DNA of 64,000 bases from Candidatus Doudnabacteria bacterium (GCA_028286905.1 JAQBQP010000002.1:56971-120970); one strand, 5' to 3'. Numbered from the stretch's first letter, positions 38,932 through 48,961 are shown. Program-made: numbers and translations. Notes: generated from the sequence alone by a model not told the origin.

Positions 38932-39678
38932 ATGCTAAAAAAAATGAGAGCTTGGAGTAATACGGAGTTAAAGAATATTTCCAGCGTTGCGAAGGGTGGT
39001 TTTTCTCCGCAGCGTTTAATTCGAATAATGCACGAATTTATAAATGGGTATAAGTTTATTCATCAATACAAAAAAGCGGCTACTATTTTTGGATCGGCTC
39101 GCAAGGGCTTTGACCCTAGGTTATATGCCCAAGCAGAACGGCTAGGTTTCTTGTTAGCGAAGGAAGATTTTGCGGTAATTACAGGCGGCGGACCGGGAAT
39201 AATGCAGGCTGCTAATAAAGGAGCGATGTCCGCCGGTGGAAAATCCCTGGGCTTGAACATTCAGTTGCCAAAAGAACAGCGCACAAACCCTTATGTTACC
39301 AAATCAATTGGATTCCATTACTTTTTTACTAGAAAAGTAATGATGGCCTCCGCTTCTCAAGTATATGTATTTTTCCCGGGCGGCTTTGGTACAATGGATG
39401 AGTTTTTCGAAATGCTTACCTTGATTCAAACTAAAAAAGTTTCTCCAATTGTTATCATTTTGATGAATAAAGAATTTTGGAGTCCTTTGGTTGGTTGGAT
39501 TGAACAGACAGTCTATAAAAAAAACCGTGCGATTGGCGCAGATGATTTAAAATTATTCCATTTGGTCGATGATCCAGATCAAGCGATCGAACTAGTTCGA
39601 AAAGCAAGTAAGAAGAAAATTATTAGATCTGGTTCCAGACATGGAGACACTTTGGAACATAGTAAGAGAAATTCTTAA
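38932..39678 (+). CDS. LOG family protein (TIGR00730; cytokinin riboside 5'-monophosphate phosphoribohydrolase-like)
   Basis: TIFGSAR, ITGGGPGIMQAANKGA, PGGFGTMDE motifs. Confidence 0.8.
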   Translation: MLKKMRAWSNTELKNISSVAKGGFSPQRLIRIMHEFINGYKFIHQYKKAATIFGSARKGFDPRLYAQAERLGFLLAKEDFAVITGGGPGIMQAANKGAMSAGGKSLGLNIQLPKEQRTNPYVTKSIGFHYFFTRKVMMASASQVYVFFPGGFGTMDEFFEMLTLIQTKKVSPIVIILMNKEFWSPLVGWIEQTVYKKNRAIGADDLKLFHLVDDPDQAIELVRKASKKKIIRSGSRHGDTLEHSKRNS

Positions 39679-39681
39679 TTC

Positions 39682-41097
39682 ATGAATATTACTTTTTTTG
39701 GCGCAGCGCAGAATGTTACTGGTTCAAAGCACTTAATTGAAAGCAACGGTTTTAGGGTTTTGCTGGATTGCGGCTTGTATCAAGGGAAGCGAGACGTTTC
39801 AAATCAACTGAATCGAAAATTGCCCTTTGATCCAGCAAGTATTGATGCTGTTATTTTATCGCACGCACATACGGATCATTGCGGGATGCTGCCGATTTTA
39901 GTGCGTGATGGTTTTAAAGGAAAAATATATTGCACTACCGCAACAATGGATATCGCAAAGTTTATTTTACTAGACAGTGCCGCGGTTCAAGCTCAAGACT
40001 TTCTATATCGCACAGAGCATGCCCCTGAAAATCAAGAAGTGTTCCCTCCTTTTTATACCAAAGAAGATGTTGAAAGAGCTTTAAGCTTTTTTGAACCTGT
40101 TCCTTATTTTCGTTTAACTGAAAAGTGGCAGCAGCTTAACGAAAATATTCGTTTTAAGTTTTATGATGCTGGGCATATTCTGGGCTCGGCAATAACTTAT
40201 TTGGAAATTAAAGAAGCTGGGGTGGTCAAAGGAATTGGTTTTACGGGAGACATTGGTAAAAGCGGTGCACCAATTTTACATGACCCGGAGTTGATCGAAG
40301 AAAATGTTGATTATTTTATTAGTGAAGCAACATACGGCGGCCGAGAGCATAAGCCCTTGTCAGTTGCTACCGAGCAGTTAAAAGCGTTGGTTGTGGAAGC
40401 TGAAAAGAACAGCAGTAAAATTATTGTTCCAGCTTTTGCTTTGGGCAGAGTTCAAGAGCTAGTATATTTATTACACGACCTCACTGATAAAGGTGATATT
40501 CCACGGATTCCAATGTATGTCGACAGTCCATTGGCATTGAATATTAGCGAAGTGTTTTTAAAACACTCTGAAGATTTTAACCAAGAATCGTGGAAAGAAT
40601 TTGGCAGCAGGCACGAACAAATTTTACGTTTTAGAAATTTGAATTATATTCATTCGATAGAAGAATCAAAAGCCTTAAATACCAAAATCGGCTCTTTAAT
40701 GATTATTGCTTCCTCAGGAATGATGGAAGGCGGTAGAATCCTGCACCATCTAAAAAATAATATTTCTGATTCAAGAAATACAATTTTAATAACAGGGTAT
40801 CAAGCAGAGCATACGTTAGGTAGGAAAATTCAAGATGGCATCACTCCAGTAAGAATCTTTGATCGTTATTATGATGTCAAAGCAAAAGTATTAACGATCG
40901 ACGAGTTCAGCGCACATGCCGACCAGCCATTTTTACTGGAGTACATTAGAAAATTAAAAGGTTTAAAAAAGTTATTTTTAGTACATAGTGAACTTGATCA
41001 GTCTGAAGCTTTCAAAACAATAATGCACCAAGCTGAGCCTGGGGTCAGTGTCGAAATTCCTGTTTTGAGTGAAAAATTTGATTTGCTAAGTTCGTAA
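39682..41097 (+). CDS. MBL-fold metallo-hydrolase of the beta-CASP RNA-metabolising family
   Basis: HAHTDHCG motif, beta-CASP region, C-terminal RMMBL-like segment. Confidence 0.75.
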   Translation: MNITFFGAAQNVTGSKHLIESNGFRVLLDCGLYQGKRDVSNQLNRKLPFDPASIDAVILSHAHTDHCGMLPILVRDGFKGKIYCTTATMDIAKFILLDSAAVQAQDFLYRTEHAPENQEVFPPFYTKEDVERALSFFEPVPYFRLTEKWQQLNENIRFKFYDAGHILGSAITYLEIKEAGVVKGIGFTGDIGKSGAPILHDPELIEENVDYFISEATYGGREHKPLSVATEQLKALVVEAEKNSSKIIVPAFALGRVQELVYLLHDLTDKGDIPRIPMYVDSPLALNISEVFLKHSEDFNQESWKEFGSRHEQILRFRNLNYIHSIEESKALNTKIGSLMIIASSGMMEGGRILHHLKNNISDSRNTILITGYQAEHTLGRKIQDGITPVRIFDRYYDVKAKVLTIDEFSAHADQPFLLEYIRKLKGLKKLFLVHSELDQSEAFKTIMHQAEPGVSVEIPVLSEKFDLLSS

Positions 41098-41099
41098 GC

Positions 41100-42092
41100 T
41101 TATTCGAAGTCCCACCATTTATCTATAGTCGGATCAGATTCCAACATAAACGCTGCACCAATCTTCGGTGTGATAATTTTATAATTGAATTTTTCAGCCG
41201 CGGCAATTAATCTTTTAGGCGGTTCATTCCAAGCATGAATAGACAATATGAATTTTGCCCAGTGCACTGGGATTAAAACTTTTGTTTGAAGATCGGCAGC
41301 GGCTTGTGCGGTTTGCTCTGGAAACATATGAATATATGGCCAGTTTTTGCCGTATTGTCCGCATTCAAGTAAAGCTAAATCAAATGGTCCGTACTTGCTG
41401 CCAACATTTTTAAATTGCTGGTCATATCCGGAATCGCCGCCAATAAAAATTTTAAACCGATCTAATTGTAAAACATAAGCGGACCACAGTGTTTTATTTC
41501 TGGTTAGAAATCTTCCTGAAAAATGCCTGGCTGGCACAGCGGTAAGATTAAAGCGAGGCTCTATTATAGTGCTTTCTTGCCAGCTTAATTCGGTTATTAT
41601 TTTTTTATTAAAACCCCAATAACGCAAATGTGAGCCTACTCCGGACGGGGTGATTATTTTACTAATTTTATTTTTTAAAAGGCCAATTGTTTTGTAGCTT
41701 AAATGATCGTAATGGTCATGGGTTAAAATCAATAGATCAATATTTGGAATTTCATCAGGCTGGTAAACATAGCTGGTAGCAAATGGTTTGCCAATAAATG
41801 AAACGGGCGAAGCCGGCCCAAATAAAACTGGGTCTACCATGATTGTAAACCCTTGATACTTAATTAAATAAGAAGAATGACCAAACCAGACGATTGTTGG
41901 TTTTTCGGCAGGCAGGTCGATTAGGTTGGTTTTTTCAGCTGGAAGTACTCGCGAAGGTTTAATTAGCTTGGATTTGTTTGCAAACTCGATAAGCATTCTA
42001 AGATAGGAAGTGTCTTCGAGCATCATTTCTGTTGGTTCAATATTCTTGAACGGCTTGCCAGCTGGATTTTTACCGAATGTTTTAAATAGCAT
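41100..42092 (-). CDS. MBL-fold metallo-hydrolase
   Basis: LILTHDHYDHL (HxHxDH) and downstream His/Asp ligands. Confidence 0.7.
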   Translation of the reverse strand: MLFKTFGKNPAGKPFKNIEPTEMMLEDTSYLRMLIEFANKSKLIKPSRVLPAEKTNLIDLPAEKPTIVWFGHSSYLIKYQGFTIMVDPVLFGPASPVSFIGKPFATSYVYQPDEIPNIDLLILTHDHYDHLSYKTIGLLKNKISKIITPSGVGSHLRYWGFNKKIITELSWQESTIIEPRFNLTAVPARHFSGRFLTRNKTLWSAYVLQLDRFKIFIGGDSGYDQQFKNVGSKYGPFDLALLECGQYGKNWPYIHMFPEQTAQAAADLQTKVLIPVHWAKFILSIHAWNEPPKRLIAAAEKFNYKIITPKIGAAFMLESDPTIDKWWDFE

Positions 42093-42208
42093 ATTTTGAG
42101 CATACCAATTTTATTGAAAATAAAAAAGGTGCTAGAATTACCAAACTGATCGACACTTCCTACAATGGAGGCTGCAATGCAGCATTTACTACGGCCTCTG
42201 CGGAAGAG

Positions 42209-43231
42209 GTGGTTACAATGAACATCGCGATTGGCCTGGCGTGCTTAGCGATGTCTATGACCTTGTTCGTGTTGGTCTGTAAGGCGCGCAAACTGCTGTT
42301 GTTCGCCTGGATCTATTTGGCTTTTGGTGTGTTTATATTTGGGGCAGGGATACATTTTGTCCTGATCTCCGCCAATTCCAAATGGAATCTGCAATGGCTT
42401 TCGATAACGGTAGACCTAATGACGATGCTGGCAGCAGTGGCTATCGCCTTAGTTTTCCCGGCTGTTTTGCCAAAGGTGATCAAAATCCTTGGCGAAGCGC
42501 ATCTTTCCTTGGAAAGGAAAGTTGCTTTGGAGGCTGCAAGAAAGGCGGCTCGGCAAAAAACTGATTTCATGGCGATGATGTCCCACGAACTCAGAACGCC
42601 TTTGAACAGCATCGTCGGCTTTTGTTCTTTGATCGAAGATCAGCACTATGGGCCGGTCACCGAAGAGCAACGGATCGCGTTAGTGCGGATAAAGGATAGC
42701 TCCAGCCACTTAGTGAAGCTGGTCAGACAGATTCTTGACTACAATGGTCAGGAGCGAGCTGACTGGGAAGAGGTGGAGCTTGTGACTTTTTGCAAAACAG
42801 TCCTGGCAATGTTTGATCCGTTGCTTGGCAAGTACACTGTGTGTCTCGAGGTGGAGCTGCCCGAGGTGCCTTACCAGGTTTGGACTGATACGAAAAAACT
42901 TCGGCAGGTTATCACCAATCTGCTGCAGAATGCTTTCAAGTTCACCGAGCATGGCTCCGTTGGGTTTAGGGTCAGTTGTGTGGACGGGTTGGTATCGATT
43001 GAGGTCAGCGATACCGGAATCGGAATCAGTAAGGAAAATCTTGCCAAAATTTTTGATCCGTTTTGGCAAGTCGATAGGAGGAACATGCGCGCTGAAGCTG
43101 GCGCAGGGCTGGGACTAAGCATTACCCAACGCTTTGTGGAAATTCTTCAAGGCGATATCAAGGCACAAAGTGTGCTCGGAAAGGGTACGAAGTTCACAGT
43201 TCTTCTACCTCAAGCGCCGGATAAGGCTTGA
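42209..43231 (+). CDS. Orphan sensor histidine kinase with 4-TM N-terminal sensor, in a G+C-rich island
   Basis: H-box MSHELRTPLNSI; N/G boxes (QNAFKFT, DTGIGIS, GAGLGLSI); composition conspicuously GC-rich; may start at the internal Met (MNIAIG). Confidence 0.75.
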   Translation: MVTMNIAIGLACLAMSMTLFVLVCKARKLLLFAWIYLAFGVFIFGAGIHFVLISANSKWNLQWLSITVDLMTMLAAVAIALVFPAVLPKVIKILGEAHLSLERKVALEAARKAARQKTDFMAMMSHELRTPLNSIVGFCSLIEDQHYGPVTEEQRIALVRIKDSSSHLVKLVRQILDYNGQERADWEEVELVTFCKTVLAMFDPLLGKYTVCLEVELPEVPYQVWTDTKKLRQVITNLLQNAFKFTEHGSVGFRVSCVDGLVSIEVSDTGIGISKENLAKIFDPFWQVDRRNMRAEAGAGLGLSITQRFVEILQGDIKAQSVLGKGTKFTVLLPQAPDKA

Positions 43232-43295
43232 GGTAGGCAGTACAACAAAGGGCGCTCTTTCACGAGAGCGCCCTTCTTGTTACAATATTAGCAAT

Positions 43296-44165
43296 ATGAA
43301 CTCAGAAAAAATAAAAAATTATTATCGCCTTGCAAAGCCGGGAATTATTTACGGCAATGCTTTAACCGCAGCAGCAGGATTTATACTTGCTTCAAAGTAT
43401 CCGGTAAATCCAAAACTTTTTCTTTTAACTTTAATTGGGATATCTTTTGTTATTGGTGGTGGCTGCGTTTTTAATAATTACTTGGATCGTTCGATTGATT
43501 CAAAAATGGAACGTACTAAGCGTCGAGTTTTGGTGAGCGGCGTTATCTCTGGACGGAGTTCATTAATTTATGGAACGATTTTAGAACTGATAGGAATGTT
43601 AATCTTAGCGCTACACACCAATCTTTTAACTTTTGGTTTGGCAATAGTTGGTTTTATTTTTTATGTTTTCATTTACACTTTCGCCAAGCGGTATACAGTT
43701 TACAGTACAATTATTGGTAGTGTCTCCGGATCGATTCCACCGCTGGTCGGCTATTGTGCGGTATCGAACCGAATTGATTTAGGTGCTGTAATATTATTTT
43801 TGACGATCTGTTTTTGGCAAATGCCACATTTTTACGCAATTTCAATTTATAGAGTAGAGGATTATCGAAGCGCAGGGTTGCCAGTCTTGTCAGTCCAAAA
43901 AGGTACGAACACAGCAAAAAAACACATTCCATTTTATATATTAGCTTACCTAGTTAGTGCCAGTTTACTAGTTTTTTACCATTATACCGGGTTGGTTTAT
44001 TTAGTTTTAGTTATGATATCTGGACTCGTTTGGTTAGCGTATTCTTTAAAAGGCTTCAGATCTGGAGTCAGCGAAGAATCTTGGGCAAAAAAAGTATTCG
44101 GTCTTTCTTTGGTAGTGATAATGCTTTTTTGCTTGGCAATTCCAATAGATAAATTTTTTAGATAG
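43296..44165 (+). CDS. cyoE: Protoheme IX farnesyltransferase (heme O synthase)
   Basis: UbiA-family motif NYLDRSIDSKMERTKRR and ~8 TM; start moved to the internal Met to avoid overlap with the histidine kinase. Confidence 0.8.
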   Translation: MNSEKIKNYYRLAKPGIIYGNALTAAAGFILASKYPVNPKLFLLTLIGISFVIGGGCVFNNYLDRSIDSKMERTKRRVLVSGVISGRSSLIYGTILELIGMLILALHTNLLTFGLAIVGFIFYVFIYTFAKRYTVYSTIIGSVSGSIPPLVGYCAVSNRIDLGAVILFLTICFWQMPHFYAISIYRVEDYRSAGLPVLSVQKGTNTAKKHIPFYILAYLVSASLLVFYHYTGLVYLVLVMISGLVWLAYSLKGFRSGVSEESWAKKVFGLSLVVIMLFCLAIPIDKFFR

Positions 44166-44166
44166 A

Positions 44167-46560
44167 TTATTGATCTAGATTTTTTAAAACTTTTTTTAAA
44201 TCAATTCCTTTACCCAAGACTGGTTTCCAAAGATCACCTTTTTTTGCTAAACGCGCAAAAATGTTTTTAACGTTAAAGTTTTTAGGATCAAGGCCCTTTT
44301 TAACCTCTTTCCATTCCAAAGGAGTGGACACTGGCGCACCCGGTCGCGGCCTAACGCTATAGGCCGCTGCTAAGGTTTGGCCTTTGCGGTTTTGCAAAAA
44401 ATCTAAATATATTTGTTTCTTTCGTTTGCTCGGGCTGCGTACTAAGCTGGTAGTTTTAGGTAATTTTTTTTGCACAATTGTGGCAACAATTTCAGCAAAT
44501 TGTTTTGTTTGATCGTAATTGTATTTTGCTGCCAAAGGAATAAAGATGTGCAATCCTGTTGCTCCGGAAGTTTTGCAGTAAGAGGCTGCCCCGGCTTTCT
44601 CCAAAACTTTGTGGATGGTTTGCGCCGCTTCAATAACTTTATCGAAAGAAATATCGCCCGGATCTAGGTCGATTACGGCATAGTCCGGATTCTCAAGGTT
44701 TTTTAGTCTTGAACTCCAAGGATTAATTTCAATACAACCGAGATTGGCCATATATAAAAGAGTTTTTTGATCTTGGCAAACTAAATAATTAATATTTTTC
44801 TGGTTTGATTCAGAAAAGACTTCTACAGTTTCAATCCAGTTGGGCAGTGAATGTCCAACATCTTTTTGGAAAAAACTCTGGCCATCAATGCCATTCGGAT
44901 GTCGGTTCATTGATTCTGGGCGATCTTTGAGATAGGGCAGAATATACGGAGATATTTTTCGATAATAATTTATCAGGTCTCCTTTGGTATATTTTTCTTT
45001 TGGCCAAAAGATTTTATCCAAATGTGTGAATTCAGAAGGTCTTTCGTTTTTCGGCGAAACTTTTTTTATGGGCTCAATTTGTTCTTTGATAACACTTTCT
45101 TGATTCTTATCTTTGCGAAGTCCTAAAAAAATTGGCTGGCGCATCGTGCCTTGATCAGTCCATTCTTGAAAAACTACTTCGCATACCAATTCAGGCTTGA
45201 CCCAGGTAGCGGGAGCATTGGTCTTTGGCGGAACTTTAAAGGGGGATTTAGAAATTTTTAAAAGATCCATTTTTGCTTTTAGCGCTTTGATTGCTTTATC
45301 ATCAAACCCACCGCCAGTATGCCCGATATAGCGCAAATTGTTTTTTTGATGCAAACCTAAAATTAATGCTCCAAAACCTTTGCGTCCACCACGCGGCGCA
45401 GTATACCCGCAAATAATTGCTTCTTGGCGCATATGTGTTTTTATCTTCAGCCATTCAGCGCTTCTTTTGCCGCTGCGGTATGGGCTGTCCGCTTTTTTCG
45501 CGATAATTCCTTCTAACTGAGCTTTTTTCGCCAGAACAAAAAGTTTTTTACCTTCGCCAATCGTATGCTCGGAAAATTTTAATACTTTACTTTTAGGAAC
45601 CAAGTTTTTTAAAAGCGCTTTTCGTTTTATTAAGGGCAGCTCCCGCAAATCCTTTCCATCTAAATATAAAAGATCAAAAACGTAATATACTAAGGTGCTT
45701 TTTTTGATTTGATAATCTTGTAATAATTGAAAACTGGGTTTGCCAGAACTGTCTAAAGCAACAACCTCTCCATCTAATATCGCGTTAACTTTTAATTTTT
45801 CTAACTCTTTAACGACCGGAGAGAACTGCGCATTAAAAGTATTATCATTGCGAGAATATAATCGTACTTTTTTATCTTGTATCTCGGCAATTGCCCGATA
45901 ACCATCCCATTTGTTTTCGTAAATCCAATCATTGTCATCAAAAGGCTGGTCGGTTAGTTTTGCGAGCATCGGTTGAACGCTTTGAGGCATCGGTACCTTA
46001 ACAGAAGCTGCTACTTTAGGTGTTTTTGTAGCGGAGCTGTTGTTAACGGCAAATTGATCATCCGCTTTTACTAATAGCCAAGCGTTTTCTTTTGCTGATT
46101 TTTGGGCTTTAATTTTTATTAAAGCAAATTCTCCTTTGAGTTTTTCTCCAAATATTACAAAGGTTATATGCCCTTTGTGTAAGCCAGCTTTAATTAGCTT
46201 CTCACTTTGTTTGCGTTCAGCGGTTTGGACCGAACTGTAAAAGCCTTTGTCCCAAATTGAAACGTGTCCTGCGCCATAATTGCCTTTAGGGATGTCTCCT
46301 TCAAAACCGCCATAGCTAATTGGATGGTCTTCAACCATCATTGCTAAGCGTTTGTCGCCCGGATTCATAGAAGGGCCTTTCGGCACGGCCCAGCTTAGTA
46401 AAACACCTTCTAACTCTAATCGAAAGTCGTAATGTAAATGTGAAGCGTGATGCTCTTGAACTACAAAGCTTAAAGGCTTGCTTTTCCCGGCAGGCAATTT
46501 TTTGCCTTTTGGTTCAGGAGTGGTATTAAACTTTCTTTTTTTATTATATTTTTCTAACAT
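44167..46560 (-). CDS. ligD: Multidomain ATP-dependent DNA ligase LigD (phosphoesterase, ligase, polymerase domains)
   Basis: PE domain HASHLHYDFRLE; ligase KxDG in ENKWDGYR; C-terminal LigD polymerase/primase domain. Confidence 0.85.
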   Translation of the reverse strand: MLEKYNKKRKFNTTPEPKGKKLPAGKSKPLSFVVQEHHASHLHYDFRLELEGVLLSWAVPKGPSMNPGDKRLAMMVEDHPISYGGFEGDIPKGNYGAGHVSIWDKGFYSSVQTAERKQSEKLIKAGLHKGHITFVIFGEKLKGEFALIKIKAQKSAKENAWLLVKADDQFAVNNSSATKTPKVAASVKVPMPQSVQPMLAKLTDQPFDDNDWIYENKWDGYRAIAEIQDKKVRLYSRNDNTFNAQFSPVVKELEKLKVNAILDGEVVALDSSGKPSFQLLQDYQIKKSTLVYYVFDLLYLDGKDLRELPLIKRKALLKNLVPKSKVLKFSEHTIGEGKKLFVLAKKAQLEGIIAKKADSPYRSGKRSAEWLKIKTHMRQEAIICGYTAPRGGRKGFGALILGLHQKNNLRYIGHTGGGFDDKAIKALKAKMDLLKISKSPFKVPPKTNAPATWVKPELVCEVVFQEWTDQGTMRQPIFLGLRKDKNQESVIKEQIEPIKKVSPKNERPSEFTHLDKIFWPKEKYTKGDLINYYRKISPYILPYLKDRPESMNRHPNGIDGQSFFQKDVGHSLPNWIETVEVFSESNQKNINYLVCQDQKTLLYMANLGCIEINPWSSRLKNLENPDYAVIDLDPGDISFDKVIEAAQTIHKVLEKAGAASYCKTSGATGLHIFIPLAAKYNYDQTKQFAEIVATIVQKKLPKTTSLVRSPSKRKKQIYLDFLQNRKGQTLAAAYSVRPRPGAPVSTPLEWKEVKKGLDPKNFNVKNIFARLAKKGDLWKPVLGKGIDLKKVLKNLDQ

Positions 46561-46563
46561 AAA

Positions 46564-47391
46564 TTAAGCATGTTGCTTTTCTTTTTCTAAGCTCGCTTGA
46601 AGCGCGGCCATTAAATCTGCAACATTGGTATTTTTAGGAGCAGCGCCTTTTTTATGAATTGGTTTGCCTTTGGCTTTTTCTTCGATAATTTCTTTTAATT
46701 CCTCGGTATAAGTGTCGTGGTAGTCCTGAGGTTTAAAAGTTTCAGTCAAATGATTAATCAATGCTAAGGCAACATCTAATTCTTTGGCGGAGCGAGCCGT
46801 TACTTTTAAAGCAGGTTTATTTTTGCTTTTACTTTTCGTAGTTGCAGTGGACGCTCCTGGAATGTTTAAATCGCCTGGGTCGCGAATTTCATCTTCAAAA
46901 CGCAGTTGGTTTAAAACCAAAACATTTTTCATCGGTTTAATTACAGCCAAGTGCTCCTTATTTCTGATAACAAATTTTGCCACGCCAACTTTTTTGGATT
47001 TTGCAATCGCATCCCGTAAAAGCGCATACGGTCTTTCGGCTCCTTTTTCTGGTTCAAGATAGTAAGGCTTTTGATAAAAAATTGTATCTATTTCAGTTTC
47101 TTCGGTGAAATCGACGATATCTATTGTTTTAGTTTTTCTGGCATTAGCTTTTTTAAAATCCTCATCATCTAGAACAATGTAATCACCCTTTTCGTACTGA
47201 TAACCTTTAACAATATCTTCGTAAGGAATTTCGCGGCCATCAGAACGGCAAACTCGAGCGTAGCGCACTGGCTGCAAATCTTTTTTATGCAGCAAGTTAA
47301 ATTTTAACTCGTGCTCATTTGTGGCGCTATAAAGTTTAACTGGGATGTTAACCAATCCAAAACTAAGTGCGCCGGACCATAATGCTCTCAT
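46564..47391 (-). CDS. ku: Ku protein (NHEJ DNA end-binding)
   Basis: N-terminal MRALWSGALSFGLVNIPVKLYSAT is canonical bacterial Ku. Confidence 0.85.
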   Translation of the reverse strand: MRALWSGALSFGLVNIPVKLYSATNEHELKFNLLHKKDLQPVRYARVCRSDGREIPYEDIVKGYQYEKGDYIVLDDEDFKKANARKTKTIDIVDFTEETEIDTIFYQKPYYLEPEKGAERPYALLRDAIAKSKKVGVAKFVIRNKEHLAVIKPMKNVLVLNQLRFEDEIRDPGDLNIPGASTATTKSKSKNKPALKVTARSAKELDVALALINHLTETFKPQDYHDTYTEELKEIIEEKAKGKPIHKKGAAPKNTNVADLMAALQASLEKEKQHA

Positions 47392-47605
47392 AAAATGAAG
47401 TTTAATAAGTCATGCTTGAATGGTAGCAAATCCAAGCAATTTTTTAAATCGTACTTTTAACTAAAGTTTGCTATAATCTGGTTAATCGAATTAAATCCTT
47501 GCTTCCCTCGGAGCACAAAAAGGAACAATTCAACCCAAATCGAGGAGCCGTCTCTTATCCAACATTATAAAGGTCGATTGGATAATATTAACGAAAGCAT
47601 ATTTT

Positions 47606-47770
47606 ATGAGCGAACGCGAATCAAAAGATTATAGCGAGCTACCTTGGAAAGCTTGGGGTTCATGGTTTAGCTGGGGTTCTCCAGTGGACTTAGGTCTAGG
47701 CTGGGCACTCTTTATAATTCCGCTTGGCGTATTCCTGTTGCTGATCCACCGCGCAGGTTTGTTGCATTAG
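47606..47770 (+). CDS. Unannotated small membrane protein (54 aa, Trp-rich N-terminus plus 1 TM)
   Basis: MSERESKDYSELPWKAWGSWFSWGSPVDLGLGWALFIIPLGVFLLLIHRAGLLH; followed directly by a strong terminator; below the ORF-track size cut-off. Confidence 0.4.
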   Translation: MSERESKDYSELPWKAWGSWFSWGSPVDLGLGWALFIIPLGVFLLLIHRAGLLH

Positions 47771-47772
47771 TT

Positions 47773-47805
47773 AAAAAACTCCCGACTTTGGTCGGGAGTT
47801 TTTTT
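47773..47805. terminator. Rho-independent terminator (CTCCCGAC-TTTG-GTCGGGAG-TTTTTTT)
   Basis: Perfect 8-bp stem, A-run upstream, T-run downstream. Confidence 0.6.
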
Positions 47806-47887
47806 CTACAAAATAATAACTATACTTTGACGGCTAGTTCTATTGGGTGTAAAATCTTTTGGGTAGTTTAATCAAATCCAGAAAAAT

Positions 47888-48961
47888 ATGCGAATTGAAG
47901 AAGAGTTAAAACTAGACTATAAAGACGTCTTATTAAGACCAAAACGCAGCACTTTAACTTCCAGAAAAGAAGTTGATCTGGAGCGAGAGTTTTCTTTCTA
48001 CCATTCTCCAAAAAAATGGCGCGGGGTGCCAATCATGACCGCAAACATGGCTACTTGCGGCACGTTTGAAATGGCGAAGGTCTTAACGCCGTACAAAATG
48101 ATTACGACCTTACATAAATATTATTCACTAGAAGATTATAAAAAGTTTTTAGAAGAATTTGATAACCCCGATTACATAGTTTATACATTGGGTATTCGAG
48201 ACGAAGATATTGCGCAGCTTAAAGCAATGATTGCGGCGGGTCTAATTGCGAAGTTCTCATTTGTTTGTATTGATGTGCCAAATGGTTATCTTGAAAAGTT
48301 TTTAGAAACTATTAAATTAGTGCGGCAGCTTTGTCCTGAGCATATTATCATCGCAGGTAATGTTGTTACTAATGAAATGGCAGAAGAGATTATATTATCC
48401 GGTGCCGATATCGTTAAAGTTGGAATTGGCCCAGGTTCGGTGTGTACCACCAGAAGAATGACAGGTGTTGGCTATCCGCAGCTCTCTGCGGTAATCGAAT
48501 GCGCCGATGCCGCGCATGGATTGGCGAATAACAAAGGCGGGTACGGTTTAGTAATCGCCGATGGCGGGCAGCAGTATCCTTCTTGTATTGCTAAAGCATT
48601 TTGCGGTGGAGCGGACTTCAACATGGCTGGATCGCTGTTTTCTGGATACGAAGAAAGCGGCGGAAATATTGTAGAAAAAAATGGTAAAAAATTCAAAGAA
48701 TATTTCGGCTCTTCTTCAAATAAAGCATTGATAGAGTTTTACGGAAATAAATCAGCGCACCGGGCTTCGGAAGGACGGTACACCTTAATCCCTTTTAAGG
48801 GGAGTATTCATGATTTTATTCAAGATTTGTTTGGGGCGCTACGCAGCACCGGAACTTATATTGGCGCAAAACGTTTAAAAGAATTTCCAAAGCGCGCAAC
48901 CTTTATAAGAGTGACACAGCAGCTCAACACTTATTTAGAACAATACGATCAAGGACAATAA
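47888..48961 (+). CDS. guaC: GMP reductase
   Basis: Colinear with GuaC: MRIEEELKLDYKDVLLRPKRSTL, GSVCTTR, GVGYPQLSAVIECADAAHG. Confidence 0.85.
   Translation: MRIEEELKLDYKDVLLRPKRSTLTSRKEVDLEREFSFYHSPKKWRGVPIMTANMATCGTFEMAKVLTPYKMITTLHKYYSLEDYKKFLEEFDNPDYIVYTLGIRDEDIAQLKAMIAAGLIAKFSFVCIDVPNGYLEKFLETIKLVRQLCPEHIIIAGNVVTNEMAEEIILSGADIVKVGIGPGSVCTTRRMTGVGYPQLSAVIECADAAHGLANNKGGYGLVIADGGQQYPSCIAKAFCGGADFNMAGSLFSGYEESGGNIVEKNGKKFKEYFGSSSNKALIEFYGNKSAHRASEGRYTLIPFKGSIHDFIQDLFGALRSTGTYIGAKRLKEFPKRATFIRVTQQLNTYLEQYDQGQ

Noticed and set aside
42313-43122. Cluster of overlapping ORFs on both strands (99, 60, 73, 119, 101, 83 aa)
   Set aside because: Shadow ORFs generated by the G+C-rich histidine-kinase gene; none has start signals or motifs.
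43134-43295. 5' extension of the cyoE ORF overlapping the histidine-kinase gene
   Set aside because: Conserved heme O synthase sequence begins at the internal Met (MNSEKIKNYY..., ATG 43296); the upstream part is basic low-complexity sequence overlapping the kinase.
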